A model generated the notes under the pieces. It had not been told where the DNA came from. It worked only from the letters and a program-made list of their open reading frames with translations, and searched no databases. DNA of 64,000 nt from NCBI RefSeq assembly GCF_000143415.4, contig NW_003314291.1, positions 42,733-106,732 on the forward strand, read 5' to 3'. Below, in pieces: positions 59,094-64,000 of this stretch. A program made the translations under genes and the position numbers. The first letter of the stretch is position 1. Each line of letters opens with the position of its first letter. Origin of the DNA: Selaginella moellendorffii. Its lineage: Eukaryota; Plantae; Lycopodiophyta.

Positions 59094-61999
59094 ATATTCC
59101 ATCTAATGTGCTAGACACCTCCAGCATGAAAGTTGCGAGTAATATCTAAATAAGCACTGGTGTCCTCTATTCTCTTTTTATATATATGGTGTGATGTTTG
59201 CTATGTTACCAAGCTGAACGCATTAAAAATCTCATCCAATGCAATCTCCTTCACCAATGACGCCCAATGCACTGCAGGTTAGTATGATGGATTCCTTCTA
59301 CTGCATGCCACACTTGATCTTTCTTTTACAGCTTTCATCTGAATTGGACCTGCTAGTTCTCCTTGGCTTGGCATTCAAATGAAGCAATGAAGAGAAAGGA
59401 TACAGGAGCAGCCTTCCTTACAATATGTTTATCTCAGATTGAATTTTTATTCAGGGCTTCAATGTAGAAATTGCAGTGATCTGTTGAGTGCTAGAGCAGT
59501 AGCACACATGTAGACGGACATCCTCTCTTTTGCATCAGCTGTTTTTTAAGGCAGACTGTAAGAAGTTATAATGGCACTTTGCAGGAACATCAGCATTTTT
59601 TAGCACATATGAGCATTACTATCACACTAACTCATCTTATAGCTGCGCAGCTAAGAGATGAGCTAGTGCGATAGCAATAACAAGTTGAGTCCAACTGGGC
59701 TGTGATTCCCATAATAAACATTTTGGTTTTACCAAGCAAGGTTGGCTCTATGGTAGGATAATAGTTGCAATGGCTTCAATGTCAATATCTTTTTTTGATG
59801 ATATTCCTATGACATTTACAAGAGATTGGGGATTGTTTGCAGGGCTGATTCAAATTGCCAGACATAGAGCTGGCAGGAGTGGATTTACTGGAAAGAAAGC
59901 TTTTTATAAAAGTCTTACACCAGCATAAACGTGCAATAGAAAGGTGAATCAAGACTCAAGAATCTAGACAATCTTAACACAGATTCTAGGTTACAAATAG
60001 CAGTTTCTAGCATTGAAGCCAGATTTTTACAACTCGCTTTTGAGAATGGAAGGGAGAGCACTAAAAAATTAACTTCTCCAAGGGGAGCATGATCCTGAGC
60101 CACCATAGCTTGCTCCACCATTGTAAGCAAGCAAGAAGGCAGAAGAAGATAGGAAAAAGCATTGTGAACCTGAAGAGTGCGAGAGAAATAAAAGCTACAA
60201 TGGATATCCGTTAAAAAACTACACTTCTTGAACCTTGACCACAGTTTTGTCTCTCTACTGTCACAATTACATATCTACTATGTATATGATTCAGGAAGGA
60301 CATAACTTTATGACCAAACCGGAATCAGTTTCTTAACATTTGAACATTGTTTTGAAGTGCACTTCACATATACTTAAAACTGATTTGGCTGTCCACGTGG
60401 ATGGGCTGAGCAAGCTAAAAGTGAGGTTTGATTTCTTTTAGCAATGGTGCTGCTGTTACTTTTGAGCTATGGCACATGCAACTTTGGAGATGCAAGGACA
60501 AGAAGCAGTGTCAATGAAGGTCCATCATGGGAGTGTTACAGAAGTAGAAGGTTATGCCACTGGATGGACAGCAGCATCTATAAAAAGAATCAGATAATAG
60601 GGCTAAAAACTAAAAAACACTCAAACTTTTAATACTTATTTTAACAATGCTTGTTATGTGAGGTGTGAAAGTTTAACTACTCTCTCTCACACATTCCAAT
60701 TTTGGTGTTTGCCACCTTTGATGTGGGAATAGTGATTGCCAACATTATTTGAGGACCAAGTGGTGAGTGATCACATGGTTAGCCTAACCTTTTTATTTGA
60801 GGACTAGATTGCTCCTGCTTTCATAACATCACTTGCACTATTTTTGCTCCATGTTGAAAACTTCCAACTTTTTGACGCAAACAAGCTTCACTGACTTAGA
60901 GATCCTTGCCCTTGATGAGCAGCACAAGGCCTTAGGCAGGTACAAAGAACAAGCTTAAAGTGGTCATTGACTCCTTAACTATTTTTGAATTTATTACCTT
61001 CATTTCATCTCACCATTTATTACCTTCATCACCACAAAGTCACAACCAAATCACACACCATTCTTTCTACACACCATTGCTCATTCTTCATAATAGTTAC
61101 CCACATTAAGATTATAGCAATTTCATCTACTTCCTATCTATAGTCCTTGATATTCAAAATGAATGGTTATGATAGTGAAGAGGCCTAAAATTACAAGTCA
61201 CAACTACTATGAACAATTTAAAGTGTTGAAACATTGCTTATTCAGTGGTGGCATTTATCCATAAATGCCTAGGGCCAAAGAAAAGTGTTGTCAATTGTCA
61301 GTTTGCTCAAGAAAGTGGCTTGGGCATTCTTTATATGCTGGATGATGCTAGCTTAAGAAACATCACTCCAAAAGTGCTATGCTGTAAAATCTTTATTGTA
61401 AATGGTATATTGGATTTCGATAATTTTTACTGCTATCAAAAAGTATTTATGGCTATAGTGGAGTGATATGACATTCTTGGCCTCATTCATTCCTTCACAC
61501 TTTCACTCACTTTAGCATTTACCACTATTGGGATCCATCACCATATTACTAAAACTTTTGAGGGTGACATTCCATAAGTTTGAAAACCTTGCATTTATAA
61601 TCAAAATTTAGTTTTTGCTATCATTTGGTCTCTTTACCTCTTTCTTTTTCTCTTTTTTTTTCTCATTTTTTCTTCTTTATTTTTCCAAGTGTCTAGTTTG
61701 CATTTAACATTTTTCCTATTGGGTTTTCCTCTAGTATTAAATTTCACACTACATTTTGCTTTATTTCTTTTTTTTTATTTCTCTTCTTTTCTTTTGGTTT
61801 TTTATTTTATTTTTCTTTCTTTGTTTGCATTTTTCTCTTTTGGGTGTTTGAACAACATGATTTTTACAACTAGGCTGTGGGTTCTCTTTTCCCTAGGGCT
61901 TACTCACTCACTTGTTGTTGGTCACTTGTTGGGATGCAAAATATAACTTAAAGCACTTAAAATATTTTAATTCCTAAAATATCCTCATCTCTTTGTATA

Positions 62000-63300
62000 A
62001 AAGCCTAATGAGTGAATAACAGTTATGACATTTAGGGCATTTGGAAGAGCTTGAGTTTGTGCAATGAAGGTGATGAGAATTTGAGTTTGAAAGGTTAGGA
62101 AATAGCATTTATCTCCTAATAGTCAAAGTGCTTGAAGAGTGGTAGCATAACATTTCAAGGTATACATAGATAATGTAAGATTAAAACACTTTTTGTCACA
62201 ACCTAACATTTGGGGAAAACAAGGTTGGTGGGTTAATGCTTTAATTAAGTTTGATTGCATAAGTTAGAGAAGATCAATATTGTGGCAAATGTTATAATTC
62301 GGAAAGCAAGTCTAGAGTTGATGGTATCTAACACAATAACAACCTTTTAGAATAATATGTGGATAGTGTATAAGGACAATGAATTAATATAGAAGGTGTT
62401 GCTAAGGAAAAAGAGACATGAGATATTCTTTAATAAAACAAGCTGCCCAATAAAGAGAAAGTAGATTATATAAAATGTAATGGACTCATTTATTATAAAC
62501 AAACGAGGGTGTATATTCAAAAGAGGAACTAAGGAAAATAACTTTTAAAAAGTGTCATGACAGGCTTTTTAAAGGATATAATAAAGTGCCCAAAACTATA
62601 AGTTTGCTCAAGAGAAAGTATCATTGACTGAATATAAATAAAAATATACAAAACTATGTAAATACATGCCAAATATATTAGTAGTGAAAGTTATGACTAG
62701 GTTTATAACAAAACCTCCCAATCCTTGATCATCTATAGAAACTTTTTATAATGAACTTTATCACAAAATTCCCCCCAAGCACGGGTTGTGAATTGGTTTT
62801 TGAAAATGACATAGTTTATACCCACAATAAAAGTGAATGCAAAAGGTATGGTGAAATTATTCTTTGAACAAATGGTTCAAATATTGGAAATGCTAGAGGA
62901 AATTATCTTAGAATAAGATAATATATTCATCAGTAAATTGTAGAGAACTCTTTTGGATGCAATATCATGCAAAATTGAAATTCAACACCATCTATCACCA
63001 TGTATAAAAAACATTGATACAACTGTAATGTCACATACTAAAATTCATATTATAGTTTTGGCAAAGAAATTAACCACCTGTTTACTAGATTCAATGTAAA
63101 TAATTATAACGTTTTCAATTTAGTTTAAAACTAAAGGTTTTTATATTATGTAAAAGACAATGAAACCACTATAATACCCTAAATAGAAATTATTTTATAG
63201 TCAGATAAACTAAAGACTATTGCAATTAATTCCAAGGTAAATTATCGTTTGGTTTTAAATATATTTTATTATATAGTTTCTCTATAAAGTCATATGAATA
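62000..63300 (+). mobile_element. Heavily decayed Ty3/Gypsy pol (integrase core recognisable)
   Basis: 62750-63000 reads through stops and frameshifts as MNFITK-PP, FFEQ, EEII..D.IFISK, KLKFNTIYH, resembling the rve integrase core. Confidence 0.6.
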
Positions 63301-64000
63301 AAGCAATGATGTTAACACTAAAGCTAGTGTTATGTAAAAATCACAACAATCTACCTTTGTAATAGAGAATAAGATGAACAAACATTTTCTAACCCATTTG
63401 AATACATTCTGAGTTAATTTTTATTGTAGTAGAATGAAAAATAAGAGATGGTAACTTTAGAAATTCCACAAAATAAATCTAGACATTCTAAAAAAGATGA
63501 GGTGAGTATTTTAATCTCCATTTGAGTTATAGTAATGTATATAATTGTTCTGGTTTCTGTGTAGCAGACCAAAATTAAAAAGTTGAACATAAATTTTCTA
63601 AAGACATTATAGGGCTACTCATTAAAAATAAGATTACCTTTTAGAATATCAAAAGGTTTTTCAAAATGGATGACAAGTTTTACTAGTTGTTTAATGAAAG
63701 AAGAACTAAAACAAAAGAAGCTTTAAAGTATATTATTGGACATATTTTAAAGGTTAGGCACCTTGTGATATTTTCAGAAGTACAAACAATGAATACTTAG
63801 AATGAAAGTACATTGACTATTCATAAGGTTTATAGATCTGGTAAGATATATGGAAACATATAAAAATTATACAGTTAAATTAAATCATAAATGCATAAAA
63901 TTATATGAAAAATTATATAAATATTTTTCTAAACTCAATGAAAAATTTATTTTGAATTTTATAATTAACTATATAATTAACCATATCTCAAACACACACA

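Overview
This is eukaryotic plant nuclear DNA, not prokaryotic. Very short GT-AG introns (~55-70 nt), tiny intergenic spacers, telo-boxes and several PLS-class PPR genes suggest a lycophyte such as Selaginella (inference). Layout: (i) 1-8.5 kb is repeat-rich, with two TSD-flanked tandem arrays of a Cassandra-type TRIM (LTRs carrying 5S rRNA-like sequence) nested in degenerate retroelement DNA. (ii) 9.4-53.3 kb is a dense gene island: hevein-like peptides, UGT, ARM protein, cytochrome b5-fused fatty acid 2-hydroxylase, DusA-like, S-formylglutathione hydrolase, flavin amine oxidase, Ycf23, GH3, class I chitinase, PPRs, phosphoacetylglucosamine mutase, bHLH IX, SYP12-type syntaxin, DnaJ-like Zn finger, PPR-DYW, tRNA-Val and an ERG2/sigma-1-like gene. 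(iii) 53.5-64 kb holds degenerate repeats, a duplicated hevein locus and a decayed Ty3/Gypsy pol. The best leads are: a PPR-DYW editing factor with two N-terminal FGKHKG...YLxW (ExoX-C/DUF3820-like) modules; three 10-Cys hevein-like peptides with an unusual Cys pattern and a fungal-like C-terminal loop; a plant FAH retaining the Scs7/FA2H-type b5 domain; a circularly permuted 174-bp insert; a tandem P1BS array; and an apparent GA-AG intron. All homology calls come from motif recognition by eye; no searches were run. Coordinates of spliced genes span start to stop, including introns.
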